This document shows positions 10,105-20,426 of a stretch of DNA of 64,000 nt, piece after piece. Within the stretch, counting starts at the first letter, position 1. Each line of letters starts with the position of its first letter. The notes beneath the pieces are model-generated. The model ran no database searches. It had not been told where the DNA came from and saw only the letters and a list, made by a program, of their open reading frames with translations. Made by a program: the position numbers and the translations under genes. This stretch comes from Devosia sp. (GTDB taxonomy: Bacteria > Pseudomonadota > Alphaproteobacteria > Rhizobiales > Devosiaceae): contig NZ_JAQGJV010000020.1 of assembly GCF_028290435.1 (NCBI RefSeq), positions 848-64,847 on the forward strand. The letters are read 5' to 3'.

Positions 10105-10896
10105 CTATTCAGCGACCGTCTTGGACCCACGCGGAGCGCGCTTCTTGGGCACGCGGGTATTGATCTGTTCGATATAGGCCCAGATCTTGGGGTTCTTGGA
10201 GAGTTCGGCGATCTTGGATTCGAGCGAGCCCAGATGCTTGGCAACGGCCTGCTGCGCCGCCTCCACGTCGCCCGATTCAATGGCCACGACGATGGCCTCG
10301 TGCTCGCTGATCACCTGCTCGGTGCGGCGCACGGCGAAGACGCGCTTGAGATGGCGCATGCGGTCCATTTCGCCCTTGGCCTGGTTGACCACGCTCCAGG
10401 CACCCGGAAGGCGGGCGGCCGCAAAAATCGTGCGATGGAATTCCTCATCGAGCAGGAAGAAGTTCGTGAATTCTTCGTCTTCGGCCGCCGTGCGCTGTTC
10501 GGCGAGGCAGGTCTTGAGGCGCGCTATGTCCTCGAAACTGTGCCGCTTGGTGGCCTCGATCACCGCGCCCTCTTCCAGCTTGAAGCGGATGAAGCAGGCT
10601 TCCATGTAGCGTTGCACGTCAATGGGCGCGACATAGGTTCCACCCTGCGGCACGACCTTCAGGAAGCCGTCCTCCGACAGCCGGATGATGGCCTCGCGGA
10701 CCGGCGTCTTGCTGACATGCAGCAGCGCCGCGATTTCTTTTTCCGACAGCGCCCGCCCGGGCAGCAGCTTCACCTCGACGATCAGCTTGCGCAGCAGGCC
10801 GTAGATTCGATTGGCCATATTGCCGACCGATGGCAGCTCATCGGAACGCACAAGTTCCGACAACGGCAGTGATGGAAATTCGCTCGTAGGAGACAT
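10105..10896 (-). CDS. GntR (FCD) transcriptional regulator
   Basis: wHTH SEKEIA..VSKTPVREA and FCD DEEFH; heads the alginate operon. Confidence 0.9.
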   Translation of the reverse strand: MSPTSEFPSLPLSELVRSDELPSVGNMANRIYGLLRKLIVEVKLLPGRALSEKEIAALLHVSKTPVREAIIRLSEDGFLKVVPQGGTYVAPIDVQRYMEACFIRFKLEEGAVIEATKRHSFEDIARLKTCLAEQRTAAEDEEFTNFFLLDEEFHRTIFAAARLPGAWSVVNQAKGEMDRMRHLKRVFAVRRTEQVISEHEAIVVAIESGDVEAAQQAVAKHLGSLESKIAELSKNPKIWAYIEQINTRVPKKRAPRGSKTVAE

Positions 10897-11171
10897 ATCA
10901 ATCCACTAACTGATATCTTAGTTTCGCTGGTGATATATCTTGTGCGCATCGCTTGTCAACGCCCAAACCGGGTTCGTGTACCCGCTCGGAGCTGGCACCG
11001 ATCCCGCAGATGGTGGAATAGGTGCGATCCCGACGATCGATTTGAAGTACGATGCAAACGTCGTAGTGGTGATAAAGTCATTGTTCCGACAGGCGAATGC
11101 CATGAGGGACCGCGACCTCAAAATTCGACTGAGCGCGGCGAATATTTAGTCGCTGTAAGACTTTAGGAGCC

Positions 11172-12038
11172 GTGTTGGCAGACCAGACCAAGGACAGACC
11201 GCCGGCGATCGAGTTCGCAACCTTCATGGCCGAGCTGACCGAGCGCGAGAGCAAGCTCAGCCGCCGCCTGCAGCAGGTGGCGCGCTTCTTCGTCAACAAT
11301 CCCGAGGATGTGGCGATCCACACCATCGTCGAACTGGCGCGCCAGGCCGGGGTGCAGCCCTCCGCCATCACCCGCTTCGCCAAGGAGATGGGGTTTGCCG
11401 GCTTCAACGGCCTGCAGAGCGTGTTCCGGCAGCGTCTGCTCGGACCGCGGATGACCTACGACGAGCGCATGAAGTCCTTCGCCGATGCGCCGCGGCCCAC
11501 CAAATCCAAGGTGTTGCATCTCGACGAGCCGAGCCTGGTTTTCGACACCTTCGTGCAGGCTGCCATGGACACGCTGATCCGGTTGCGCGAAGACGTGGAT
11601 CGCCTAGAGCTTCAGGGGTTTGTGGATGTGCTCGCAAAATCCGGCGCGGTTCACATTCTTGGCGCGCGCGGCGCCTACGGTGTCGCTACCTACTGTTATT
11701 ACAGCCTATCGCGCGTCGGCAAACGCGCCCACCTGATCGACAATGTCGGCTCGATGCGCGAGCAACAGCTCGCCGCCGTCGATGCGAATGACGTGCTGTT
11801 GGTGCTGACATTCGACGATTACACCCCCGAAACCATCGACATCGCCCAAGCGGCGCACCAGAAAGGCCGCACGCTCCTGGTGATCACCGACAACGAGCTC
11901 AGCCCGGTGGCAAAGCTCGGGGCGCACACGCTGTTCGTCAAGGAAGCCCGGCTCGGCCACTTCCGCTCGCAGGTGCCCGCCATGGTCTTGTGCCAGTCGA
12001 TCATTATCAGCCTGGGAAAGCTGATCGAGCGCGCCTAG
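11172..12038 (+). CDS. RpiR/MurR (IolR-like) regulator, HTH + SIS
   Basis: TIVELA..AGVQPSAITRF HTH and SIS domain with GAR.AY. Confidence 0.88.
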   Translation: MLADQTKDRPPAIEFATFMAELTERESKLSRRLQQVARFFVNNPEDVAIHTIVELARQAGVQPSAITRFAKEMGFAGFNGLQSVFRQRLLGPRMTYDERMKSFADAPRPTKSKVLHLDEPSLVFDTFVQAAMDTLIRLREDVDRLELQGFVDVLAKSGAVHILGARGAYGVATYCYYSLSRVGKRAHLIDNVGSMREQQLAAVDANDVLLVLTFDDYTPETIDIAQAAHQKGRTLLVITDNELSPVAKLGAHTLFVKEARLGHFRSQVPAMVLCQSIIISLGKLIERA

Positions 12039-12045
12039 ACTGGTC

Positions 12046-13221
12046 CTAAAGCCTGGTCCAGGCGGAGCCCGCTAGGCTCGAATTCACCGCAGCCTCGATG
12101 AACCGCATGCCGAGCAGGCCATCCTCGACGCTGGGCACATGCCCGCCACTGGCCCCCTCTCCGCTCCGCCGCCGCAGGATCGCGTCGACCGCGTCGCGGT
12201 AAAGATTGGCAAAGCCCTCGATATAGCCCTCGAGATGCTCGGACGGCATCCGCGACACGTCGGCCGAGGCTGGGCCGAGGCCGGGACCGCCCCGGACGAG
12301 AATGCGGGTCGGCTCGCCGAACGGGGTGAAGCGCATGATCTCGGGCTCATGCCCCAGCCATTCGAGGCCGGCCTTGTCACCGTAAAGCTTGAGCGCCAGG
12401 CGATTGCCGCTTCCGGGCGACACCTGGCTGGCGATCAGCACGCCGCGGGCGCCATCTGCGTAGCGCAGCAGCACATGGGCATTGTCATCCAGCCGGCGGC
12501 CGGGAACAAAGGTGGTTAGATCTGCCGCGACAGCCTCCGGCGCCATGCCGGTGACGAACTGCGCCAGGTTGAAGGCGTGCACGCCGATATCGGCAAGGCA
12601 GGCCGAGCGGCCGGCGCGCTCGGGATCGGTGCGCCACTCCGCCTGCTTCTGGCCGTCGGCATCGATCGGCTGGGTCAGCCAATCCTGGATATATTCAACG
12701 CGGACCACGCGCAGCGTGCCGAGCTGGCCTGCCGCCACCATGGCACGGGCCTCACGGACCATCGCATAGCCGGTATTGTTGAAGGTCACGGCAAACACCA
12801 GGCCGGAGGCCCTGGCGAGGGCGGCAAGCTCTTCGGCCTCCGCCAGCGTTGCCGAGAGCGGCTTGTCGCAGATAACGTCGATGCCGGCGGCGAGGAACGC
12901 CTTGGCGACCGGCGCGTGCAGATGATTGGGCGTCACAATGATGACGGCCTCGATGCCGTCGGGGCGCCCAGCCTCGCGCTCGGCCATTTCGGCAAAACTC
13001 GAATAAGCGCGGTCGGCCCCAATGCCGATATCGGCTGCCGAGAGACGCGCGCGTTCCGGGTCCGACGACAGGGCGCCGGCGACCAGTTCGGTGCGATCGT
13101 CGAGCCGCGCCGCCATGCGGTGCACGGCGCCGATGAAGGCATCGCGCCCCCCACCAACCATGCCGATCCTCAGGCGCCGCGTGGCGCGGGCATCACTGCG
13201 TGCATCAACCATTTTTGCCAC
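12046..13221 (-). CDS. Gfo/Idh/MocA oxidoreductase
   Basis: IGMVGGG, TPNHLH, CDKP, DIGVH. Confidence 0.9.
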   Translation of the reverse strand: MAKMVDARSDARATRRLRIGMVGGGRDAFIGAVHRMAARLDDRTELVAGALSSDPERARLSAADIGIGADRAYSSFAEMAEREAGRPDGIEAVIIVTPNHLHAPVAKAFLAAGIDVICDKPLSATLAEAEELAALARASGLVFAVTFNNTGYAMVREARAMVAAGQLGTLRVVRVEYIQDWLTQPIDADGQKQAEWRTDPERAGRSACLADIGVHAFNLAQFVTGMAPEAVAADLTTFVPGRRLDDNAHVLLRYADGARGVLIASQVSPGSGNRLALKLYGDKAGLEWLGHEPEIMRFTPFGEPTRILVRGGPGLGPASADVSRMPSEHLEGYIEGFANLYRDAVDAILRRRSGEGASGGHVPSVEDGLLGMRFIEAAVNSSLAGSAWTRL

Positions 13222-13241
13222 CCCTTGGCAGACGACTTACT

Positions 13242-14762
13242 CTAGATCAGCGCCGCGACGACTTCGATGGCTGGCGCGGCGCGCAACTGCCCGACGAATT
13301 GGGCGAGCCTGGCTTTGACCGGCTCATTGTCCACCAGGTCGGTGCCGAAAATATCCGCGAGCTTCAGCATTTCGGCAACGAAACCCGCCGGATCGCTGCC
13401 ATAGCGGCGACCGATCTCCGTGGTCACCCAAGCCTTGGGGTCGCGCACATCGATGGGCTTGTTCTGCCAGTGCAGGCCGCCCGCGTAGCACATCCATCCC
13501 GCGATGCCGAGCAGCAGGCCATTGGCCGGGCGACCAGCCGTGAGGCACGCGTGGAGCGGTTCGAGCAAGCGCTGCCTGATCTTCTGCGACCCGTCGGTCG
13601 AAATCTGCAGCGTGCCGTGCTTGAGGTCGCCATTTTTCAACCGGCGGATCGATTGCTCGACATAGGCCAGCACGTCGATGCCGGAAACCGGGGGCAGTCC
13701 CGGCACCACTTCGTCCATGATGGTGCGCCGCGCAAAGGTCTCGAATACCTCGCTGCCCATGACTTCGGACATGAATTGCAAATCCGACAGCAGGCCAAGC
13801 TGGCACACATTGGACTGGATGCCGTTCAGCACCCGCATCTTGAGGATTTCATAGGGCCGCACGTCATCCACGATGAGCGCCCCGACCCGGTCCCAGGCCG
13901 GCATGGCGCAGCGATGCGTGTCCTCGATCACCCACATGCGGAACGGCTCGCCGACGACAAGGCCGAAATCGGCAATGCCGGTTTGCGCGGCAAAGCGCTC
14001 GATATCGCCCGGTTGCGTCGCCGGCACGATGCGGTCGACCATGGTGTTGAGGAAATGCACGTCCCGGGCAATGCGGTCGCCAATCGCGGCGTCGACGCGC
14101 TGGGCCAGTCCGAGAACGGCCCGCCGCAGCGTCGCGCTATTGTCGGGCACGTTGTCGCAACTCATGATCGCCAGCGGGCCCGCCCCGCGCTGCAACCGCA
14201 GCGTCAGCGCTTCGAGGATAAAACCAGGGACGGAGCGCGGAGCGCGCGGATCGGCGATGTCGTGCACGATATCGGGATGGTCGAGGTCAAGCTCGCCGGT
14301 CGCGGGGATGTGGCAATAGCCCTTCTCCGTCACCGTCAGGGTGATCAGCCGGATGGCTGGATCGGCCGCGGCCTCGAGCGCCACGCGGAGCGACAATCGA
14401 TAGGGATCGTAGCTCTCGTCCAGCACCGAGATATGCGCGATTTCCGAGCCGACCAGGCGGCGATCAACGGCGCCATCCTCGCGCAGTTCGCGGCAGAACA
14501 GGCCCGACTGGGCGCCGAGCGCGTTGGCGATATCGGGCGCACGCAGATTGATGCCGACGATTCCCCAGTCGCCGAATGCGGCCTGCAGCGCATCGTCGGT
14601 CCACTCGGCCTGGTGGCAGCGGTGGAAAGCGCCGTCGCCAAGATGGACAATGCCCGGCTTGAGTTTCGTGCGGTCGTAGGCGGGGCGCTGCACTGATGCG
14701 GGCAGTTGCGCCGCCGTAGCGGGCGTCAGGCGCTCGGCACCCACGAGCGGCAAGACGCTCAT
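13242..14762 (-). CDS. Mannitol dehydrogenase family (mannonate/fructuronate oxidoreductase-like)
   Basis: IVHLGDGAFHRCHQA, TVTEKGY, SCDN, MVDRIVP, KMRVLNG. Start re-called at MSVLPL. Confidence 0.88.
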   Translation of the reverse strand: MSVLPLVGAERLTPATAAQLPASVQRPAYDRTKLKPGIVHLGDGAFHRCHQAEWTDDALQAAFGDWGIVGINLRAPDIANALGAQSGLFCRELREDGAVDRRLVGSEIAHISVLDESYDPYRLSLRVALEAAADPAIRLITLTVTEKGYCHIPATGELDLDHPDIVHDIADPRAPRSVPGFILEALTLRLQRGAGPLAIMSCDNVPDNSATLRRAVLGLAQRVDAAIGDRIARDVHFLNTMVDRIVPATQPGDIERFAAQTGIADFGLVVGEPFRMWVIEDTHRCAMPAWDRVGALIVDDVRPYEILKMRVLNGIQSNVCQLGLLSDLQFMSEVMGSEVFETFARRTIMDEVVPGLPPVSGIDVLAYVEQSIRRLKNGDLKHGTLQISTDGSQKIRQRLLEPLHACLTAGRPANGLLLGIAGWMCYAGGLHWQNKPIDVRDPKAWVTTEIGRRYGSDPAGFVAEMLKLADIFGTDLVDNEPVKARLAQFVGQLRAAPAIEVVAALI

Positions 14763-15553
14763 GGGCCGCGTCGGGCCGGTGCGCCGACCACGCTCTGTTC
14801 GAGATCGACCAAGGCGCCGGTCATCAGGCCAGCGCTGTCGCTCAGCATGAACAAGGCGAGCTGGGCGACCTCGTCGTCGGCAAGCATGCGCCCGAGCGGC
14901 ATGTTGGCCGCGGCCCGCGCGGCCCAATCGGCACCCTTGCCAAGCGTAGCGCTCTGCATCTGGTTCTCGCCGGGGGTTGCGGCCCAGCCCATCATGATGC
15001 CGTTGACGCGGATCCGGTCGGCCAGATGCGCATTGGCGGCGTTGCGCGTCAGGGTTGTGAGAGCCCCCTTGGTGGCCGAATAGATGGCCAGTTCCGGAGT
15101 GCCGCAATAGGCGTTCATCGACAGGATATTGACGATGGCGCCCGGCGCCTTGCGGCCGAGCATGTCGCGGATGGCGGCCTGCATCAGGAAGTACGGTGCC
15201 TTGGCGTTGACCGCGAACAGCTTGTCCCACAGCTCCGGCGATCCGTCGAGGAACGAAGCTCGATCGGTGCGGCCCGCCGCGTTGACCAGCGCGTCGATGC
15301 GACCGAACCGCTTGATGGTCGCGGCGGCGACCGTTTCGGCGGCCTCAGCCTCCCCCAAATCGGCGGCAATGAAATCGACCAGGCATTGCTGGGTGCCGAG
15401 GTCTCGCGCCAGTGCCCTGCCCCGCTCGGTATCACGACCGGTCAACATCACACCGGCAGCGCCGCCGGCGACGGTGAGCGCGGCAACCTTGGCGCCGACG
15501 CCCTGCGTCGATCCCGTCACCAGTACGATCTTGCCGTCCAACCGAACGTCCAT
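14759..15553 (-). CDS. SDR oxidoreductase
   Basis: TGSTQGVG, NAAG, YSATK. Start re-called at MDVRLDGK. Confidence 0.88.
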   Translation of the reverse strand: MDVRLDGKIVLVTGSTQGVGAKVAALTVAGGAAGVMLTGRDTERGRALARDLGTQQCLVDFIAADLGEAEAAETVAAATIKRFGRIDALVNAAGRTDRASFLDGSPELWDKLFAVNAKAPYFLMQAAIRDMLGRKAPGAIVNILSMNAYCGTPELAIYSATKGALTTLTRNAANAHLADRIRVNGIMMGWAATPGENQMQSATLGKGADWAARAAANMPLGRMLADDEVAQLALFMLSDSAGLMTGALVDLEQSVVGAPARRGP

Positions 15554-15586
15554 CTCATCCAACCAGAATTTCAAACGTTGCAATAT

Positions 15587-15600
15587 GGAATTACATTTCC
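15587..15600. promoter_or_regulatory. IolR/RpiR-type operator GGAA-N6-TTCC
   Basis: GGAAttacatTTCC in the divergent promoter region; matches the recalled S. meliloti IolR motif. Confidence 0.6.
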
Positions 15601-15745
15601 AATCGACACTGTCAAACGCTAGCCGAACTCGGTCGAAGGCCTCCAACCGCCCGGAAGAGTTGGACTTTTTGGCCTGGCGTGCAAAAGCGCAAATAGAATA
15701 TGCTCGATTGACGTGCTAAAAACGACCATCCATATTGGCAGAAAT

Positions 15746-15759
15746 AGAAATCCGGTTCC
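15746..15759. promoter_or_regulatory. Second IolR-type operator (one mismatch)
   Basis: AGAAatccggTTCC upstream of the TIM-barrel gene. Confidence 0.5.
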
Positions 15760-15809
15760 GAAAGAGAAGGCCATAAGGCCTGGTGGAACAAGGAGCCAGG
15801 GAGGCAAAG

Positions 15810-16724
15810 ATGCAGCTCGGCATTCTGACCGCGCCTTTTGCGGAGACGCCGCTTGACGACGTGGCCGATTGGGCCGCGTCGGTCGGGTTTGAAGCGCTGG
15901 AAATTGCCTGCTGGCCGAGATCGTCGGGCGCCACCCGTCGCTATGCAGGGACAAGCCACATCGACGTCGCCAGCCTCGGCGCCTCGCAAGCCAGGGACAT
16001 CGTCGCCTCGCTGCAAGCCAGGAAGCTCGCCATTTCGGCGCTCGCCTACTATCCCAACCCACTCCATCCCGACCTCGCCTACCGCCAGGCCGCGATCGAG
16101 CACCTCAAATCCGTCGTCAACGCCGCCAGCCTGATGGGCCTGCCGGTGGTCAACACTTTCGTCGGCGGCGATGCTGCCCAGACGATCGAGGCCAACTGGA
16201 AAGAGGCCGAAAAGGTCTGGCCGGAAATCATCGCTTTCGCCCGCGACAAGGGCGTGACCCTGGCGTTCGAGAACTGCCCGATGCTGTTCAGCGCCAGCGA
16301 ATGGCCGAGCGGCCACAACATCGCCTATTCGCCGATGATTTGGCGGCGCATTTTCGAGGCCTGGGGAAGCGATGTGGGGATGAACTACGATCCATCCCAC
16401 TTGGTCTGGCAGATGATCGATGGCGCCCGCTTCATCCGCGAATTCGGCGCGCGCATGCTGCATGTGCATGCCAAGGACCTGCTGATCGATCGCGATGGTC
16501 TGTACGAGCGCGGCATCATGTCGGCCGGCATCGGCTGGCAGATTCCGCGCATGCCGGGGCTTGGCGAGGTGAACTGGACTGTGTTCTTCTCGGAACTCTA
16601 CCGGGCCGGCTATGACGGGCCGGTCATCATCGAGCACGAGGACCGGCAATTCGAAGGCAGCGACGACAAGGTCAAGCGGGGCTTCCTGCTCGCCCGCGAC
16701 GTGCTGCGGCCACTGGTAAAATGA
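15810..16724 (+). CDS. Sugar-phosphate isomerase/epimerase (IolE/xylose-isomerase-like TIM barrel)
   Basis: FENCP, YDPSH, HVHAKD and IIEHED metal motifs; RBS GGAGG. Confidence 0.85.
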   Translation: MQLGILTAPFAETPLDDVADWAASVGFEALEIACWPRSSGATRRYAGTSHIDVASLGASQARDIVASLQARKLAISALAYYPNPLHPDLAYRQAAIEHLKSVVNAASLMGLPVVNTFVGGDAAQTIEANWKEAEKVWPEIIAFARDKGVTLAFENCPMLFSASEWPSGHNIAYSPMIWRRIFEAWGSDVGMNYDPSHLVWQMIDGARFIREFGARMLHVHAKDLLIDRDGLYERGIMSAGIGWQIPRMPGLGEVNWTVFFSELYRAGYDGPVIIEHEDRQFEGSDDKVKRGFLLARDVLRPLVK

Positions 16725-16796
16725 AATTCTGCAACGAGAGTCCATAAGGACCGCGGACAACAAGGGCCGGAAGGCCACAAAGGGAGAGGAAACCCC

Positions 16797-17834
16797 ATGC
16801 GACTTGCGAAGACTTCAATCATCTCACTGCTCGCCGGCGCGGCCATTCTGGCGTCGTCCGGCATGGCCTTTGCCGCCGGCACCTACACGATCGGCGTCTC
16901 CAACACCGTACAGGGCAACGGCTGGCGCGAGGAAATGATCTGCGCCATCAAGGCTCAAGCCCTGGCTTCCGGCGAAGTTGCCTCGCTGAATATCGCCCAC
17001 CGCAATACCGATGCCGCCGGCCAGCTGGAAGATATCCGCAACCTGATCAGCGCCAAGGTCAACGCCATCATCGTCAATCCGTCGGATCCTGCTGGCATCG
17101 CGCCCGCCCTGCAGGAAGCCGAGGCCGCCGGCATCACCGTCGTCGTCGTCGACCAGTCGGTCACCGATCCCAATATCTACACCATCCAGAACAACCAGTC
17201 GGATTATGCCTATCTGGGCGCCAAGTGGCTGTTCACGCAAATGGGCGGCAAGGGCGGCGTGGTCTATATGCGTGGCGCCGCCGGCGCTTCGGCCGACACC
17301 GATCGCGATGCCGGCTTCAAGAAGGCCCTTACCGAGTTCCCCGACGTCAAGGTGGTGAGCGAGACCTTCACCGGCTGGCAGCAGGACCAGGGCAAGCAGC
17401 AGATTCTCGACTTCATCGCGTCGGGTGTACCGTTCGAGGGCATCTGGACCTCGGGTATCGACAACGTCATCGTTGATGCGCTGACGGAATCCGGATCCAA
17501 GCTCGTGCCCGTGGTCGGCGCCGATAATGCCGGCTTCGTCGAGCAGCTCAACACCGTCGCCGGCCTCTCCGGCGCAGCGGTTACCAATCCCGGCTCCGTC
17601 GGCGGCGCCGGCGTGACGCTGGCGCTGCAGGTGCTGGACGGCAAGGCCCCCGCGGAAAAAAGCAACTTCGTCACCCCAGTGCTTTGGGAGAACGTCACCC
17701 CGGAGGGCAAGGCCAATCTGCTGGCTGCCGCCGATCCGTCGCTGAACAAGGAATGGCCGGTGTCGATCTCGATCCCGGACTGGACCACCTACACCAAGGA
17801 ACAGATCATCGCCTGCAAGGGCCCAGGCGAATAG
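16797..17834 (+). CDS. Monosaccharide ABC substrate-binding protein
   Basis: Signal peptide; Peripla_BP-like GNGWREEM, IIVNP. Confidence 0.88.
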   Translation: MRLAKTSIISLLAGAAILASSGMAFAAGTYTIGVSNTVQGNGWREEMICAIKAQALASGEVASLNIAHRNTDAAGQLEDIRNLISAKVNAIIVNPSDPAGIAPALQEAEAAGITVVVVDQSVTDPNIYTIQNNQSDYAYLGAKWLFTQMGGKGGVVYMRGAAGASADTDRDAGFKKALTEFPDVKVVSETFTGWQQDQGKQQILDFIASGVPFEGIWTSGIDNVIVDALTESGSKLVPVVGADNAGFVEQLNTVAGLSGAAVTNPGSVGGAGVTLALQVLDGKAPAEKSNFVTPVLWENVTPEGKANLLAAADPSLNKEWPVSISIPDWTTYTKEQIIACKGPGE

Positions 17835-17916
17835 ACTCGATCCGCACACACTCGTTGAGTGGGGACACCGGTCAGGCACTGGCGTCCCCGTTCGCTTTCA
17901 CGGATTTTTTCTCGCC

Positions 17917-19455
17917 ATGCCGATGACGACGAGCCCACTCCTTGAAGCCAACGGCCTGGTGAAAACCTATGGCGCGGTGCGCGCGCTGCGCAATGCCTCG
18001 CTGTCCTTGCTGCCCGGCGAAGTGCATGCGCTGATGGGTGCAAACGGCGCCGGCAAATCCACCATGGTCAAGATCCTGACCGGTGCCCTGCGTCCGACCG
18101 CCGGCAGGATTGCCATCCGCGGCGTAGAGCAGAAGGTCCGCTCGCCCGCCGATGCGCGGCGTGCTGGCCTCGTCTCGGTGTATCAGGAGCCATCGCTGAT
18201 CCCCGATCTCGATGTGCTGTCCAACCTGCGGCTGACCCGTACGCCGGTGGACGCGTTCCGCCACTGGGTTCACGAATTGGGCGTGCCCGATCTCGACCTG
18301 GGCGAGATGGCGCGCGACGTGCCGCTGGCGATCCTGCGCGTCCTCGATCTCGCGCGCGCTTTGGCCATCGAACCCGATGTCCTGCTGCTCGATGAAATGA
18401 CCGCGGCCCTGCCGGCCAATCTTGCCGAAAAAGTGCTTGAGGTGGTGCGCAAGCAAACCCAGACCGGCCGATCGGTGATCTTTATCTCGCACCGGTTCCT
18501 AGAAATTTCAGCCCTGTGCGACCGGGCCACCATCCTGCGCGACGGAGAAACTGTCGGCGTCTTCGATATCGGGCCCGATGTCGAAGACCGCATCGTGGAG
18601 CTGATGCTGGGGGAGCGCATTCTGCGCAAGCACGGCGCGGCGGTCGCCGCAGAGGCCCGCCCGCATGCGCAGGGTAAAACCCGACTCAGCGTACGCAATC
18701 TGCGCGTCGGCACCAAGCTCAACGACGTATCGTTCGATCTGCATGACGGCGAGGTCGTCGGTGTCGTCGCCCTCGAAGGACAAGGGCAGGACGAGCTGTT
18801 CGCCGCGCTGGCGGGCTCGATCCGTCCGAGCGCGGGCGTCATCGAGGTCGAGGGTGAAGCGGTGAAATTCGGCAAGCCGCGCGACGCCATCGAACGGGGC
18901 ATCGCCTACGTGCCGGGCGACCGCAGCGACGCCTTGCTGATGCACCGCTCGGTGCGCGAGAACATCGCCCTGCCCTTCAGCGCCGGTGTGCGGCGCTGGG
19001 GCCCGATCAATATGGGCAACGAGCGCTCCACCGTGCTGCGCGCCATCGAGCGGTTGCAGATCGACACCCGCGCCCAGGGCGAGGTGCGGCGGCTCTCCGG
19101 CGGCAACCAGCAGAAGGTGACGATCGCCCGCTGGATCGCCGCCGACGCCAAGACCATTCTGTGCTTCGATCCGACACGTGGCATCGACGTTCGCACCAAG
19201 ACGCAGATCTATGCGCTGGTTCGCGAGCTGGCGGCACAGGGCAAGTCCGTCCTCTACTACACCTCCGAACTCGAGGAAATTCAGCTGGTCTGCGACCGGG
19301 CGGTGGCCATCTTCGGCGGCAGGGTTGTCGACGTGCTGCCGGTCGGGATCGCCGACGAACTCGCCTTGACGCGGGCGGCCTATGGCCTGCCGCGCGATGC
19401 GGCTGCCGATCTCGGCATCCTGGCCGACCCAACCCATCCGAGGGCCGCGCCATGA
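17917..19455 (+). CDS. Sugar ABC ATPase (tandem NBD, RbsA-like)
   Basis: GANGAGKST; LSGGNQQK in the second NBD. Confidence 0.9.
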   Translation: MPMTTSPLLEANGLVKTYGAVRALRNASLSLLPGEVHALMGANGAGKSTMVKILTGALRPTAGRIAIRGVEQKVRSPADARRAGLVSVYQEPSLIPDLDVLSNLRLTRTPVDAFRHWVHELGVPDLDLGEMARDVPLAILRVLDLARALAIEPDVLLLDEMTAALPANLAEKVLEVVRKQTQTGRSVIFISHRFLEISALCDRATILRDGETVGVFDIGPDVEDRIVELMLGERILRKHGAAVAAEARPHAQGKTRLSVRNLRVGTKLNDVSFDLHDGEVVGVVALEGQGQDELFAALAGSIRPSAGVIEVEGEAVKFGKPRDAIERGIAYVPGDRSDALLMHRSVRENIALPFSAGVRRWGPINMGNERSTVLRAIERLQIDTRAQGEVRRLSGGNQQKVTIARWIAADAKTILCFDPTRGIDVRTKTQIYALVRELAAQGKSVLYYTSELEEIQLVCDRAVAIFGGRVVDVLPVGIADELALTRAAYGLPRDAAADLGILADPTHPRAAP

Positions 19456-20426
19456 TCGCCTTTTCGCTGCGGCAGAGCTGGGTGATCGGGCTCGTCGTGC
19501 TGTTCGTCGCGCTGTTCGTGATCACCCGCTTCATCCAGCCAGCTTATGGCGCCAGGGACTTCGCGTCTCTAACCCAGGCCGCGCTGCCTTACGCGTTCGC
19601 GGTGGCGGCGCAGACCGTCATCGTGCTGGCCGGCGGCATCGACCTGTCGATTGCCGCGATGATGGCCGTGACCAGCGTCACGGCGGCACTGCTGATGAAG
19701 GACCAGAGCGCGGCATCGGCGCTCTACGCGGTGCCGCTGGTGCTCGCCTTCGGCTTCGCGCTGGGCGCCCTCAACGGCATTCTCATCACCATCTCCCGTG
19801 TGCCCGACATCGTCGTCACGCTGGCGATGATGTTCGTGCTGCAAGGCGTGGCCCTGCTCATCCTGCCATCCCCGGGCGGCGGCGCCGCCGATTGGCTGAA
19901 GGCGCTGGTGGTGGGCTCGTTATCGGTGCCGGGGCTGCCCGAGGCCATATCGGCCTGGATACCGCATGCGCTGCTTGTGGTGGTCATTGCGGTGTGCGTG
20001 GTGTGGATACCTCTCAAGCGCTCGCAACTTGGCCTCAGTATTTACGCGATCGGCAGTAGTGAACTGGCCGCGTTCCGCAGCGGCGTTCCCGTGGCGCGCA
20101 CCCGCATTCTCGCCTATGGCATCGGCGGTATCTTCGCCGCGCTGGGCGGCCTGACGCTGACCATGAGTACGGGCATCGGTGCACCGATCCCCGGACCCTA
20201 CCTGCTGGCCAGCGTTGCCGCGGTGGTGCTCGGCGGGGTGGCGCTGACCGGGGGGCGCGGCGGACTGGTCGGCCCCATCGTCGCCGTGTTCGTCTTGCGC
20301 CTTGTGCGCACCGACCTGACCTTGCTGTCGGTCGATCCCAACGTTACCACCATCATCGAGGGGGTGATCATGGTCACCGTCGTCATGTTCGGCGCCTTGT
20401 TGGCCATGCGGGCGCGATCGACATGA
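19452..20426 (+). CDS. Sugar ABC permease
   Basis: GGIDLS, AAVVLGG, multiple TM helices; ATGA overlap. Confidence 0.88.
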   Translation: MIAFSLRQSWVIGLVVLFVALFVITRFIQPAYGARDFASLTQAALPYAFAVAAQTVIVLAGGIDLSIAAMMAVTSVTAALLMKDQSAASALYAVPLVLAFGFALGALNGILITISRVPDIVVTLAMMFVLQGVALLILPSPGGGAADWLKALVVGSLSVPGLPEAISAWIPHALLVVVIAVCVVWIPLKRSQLGLSIYAIGSSELAAFRSGVPVARTRILAYGIGGIFAALGGLTLTMSTGIGAPIPGPYLLASVAAVVLGGVALTGGRGGLVGPIVAVFVLRLVRTDLTLLSVDPNVTTIIEGVIMVTVVMFGALLAMRARST

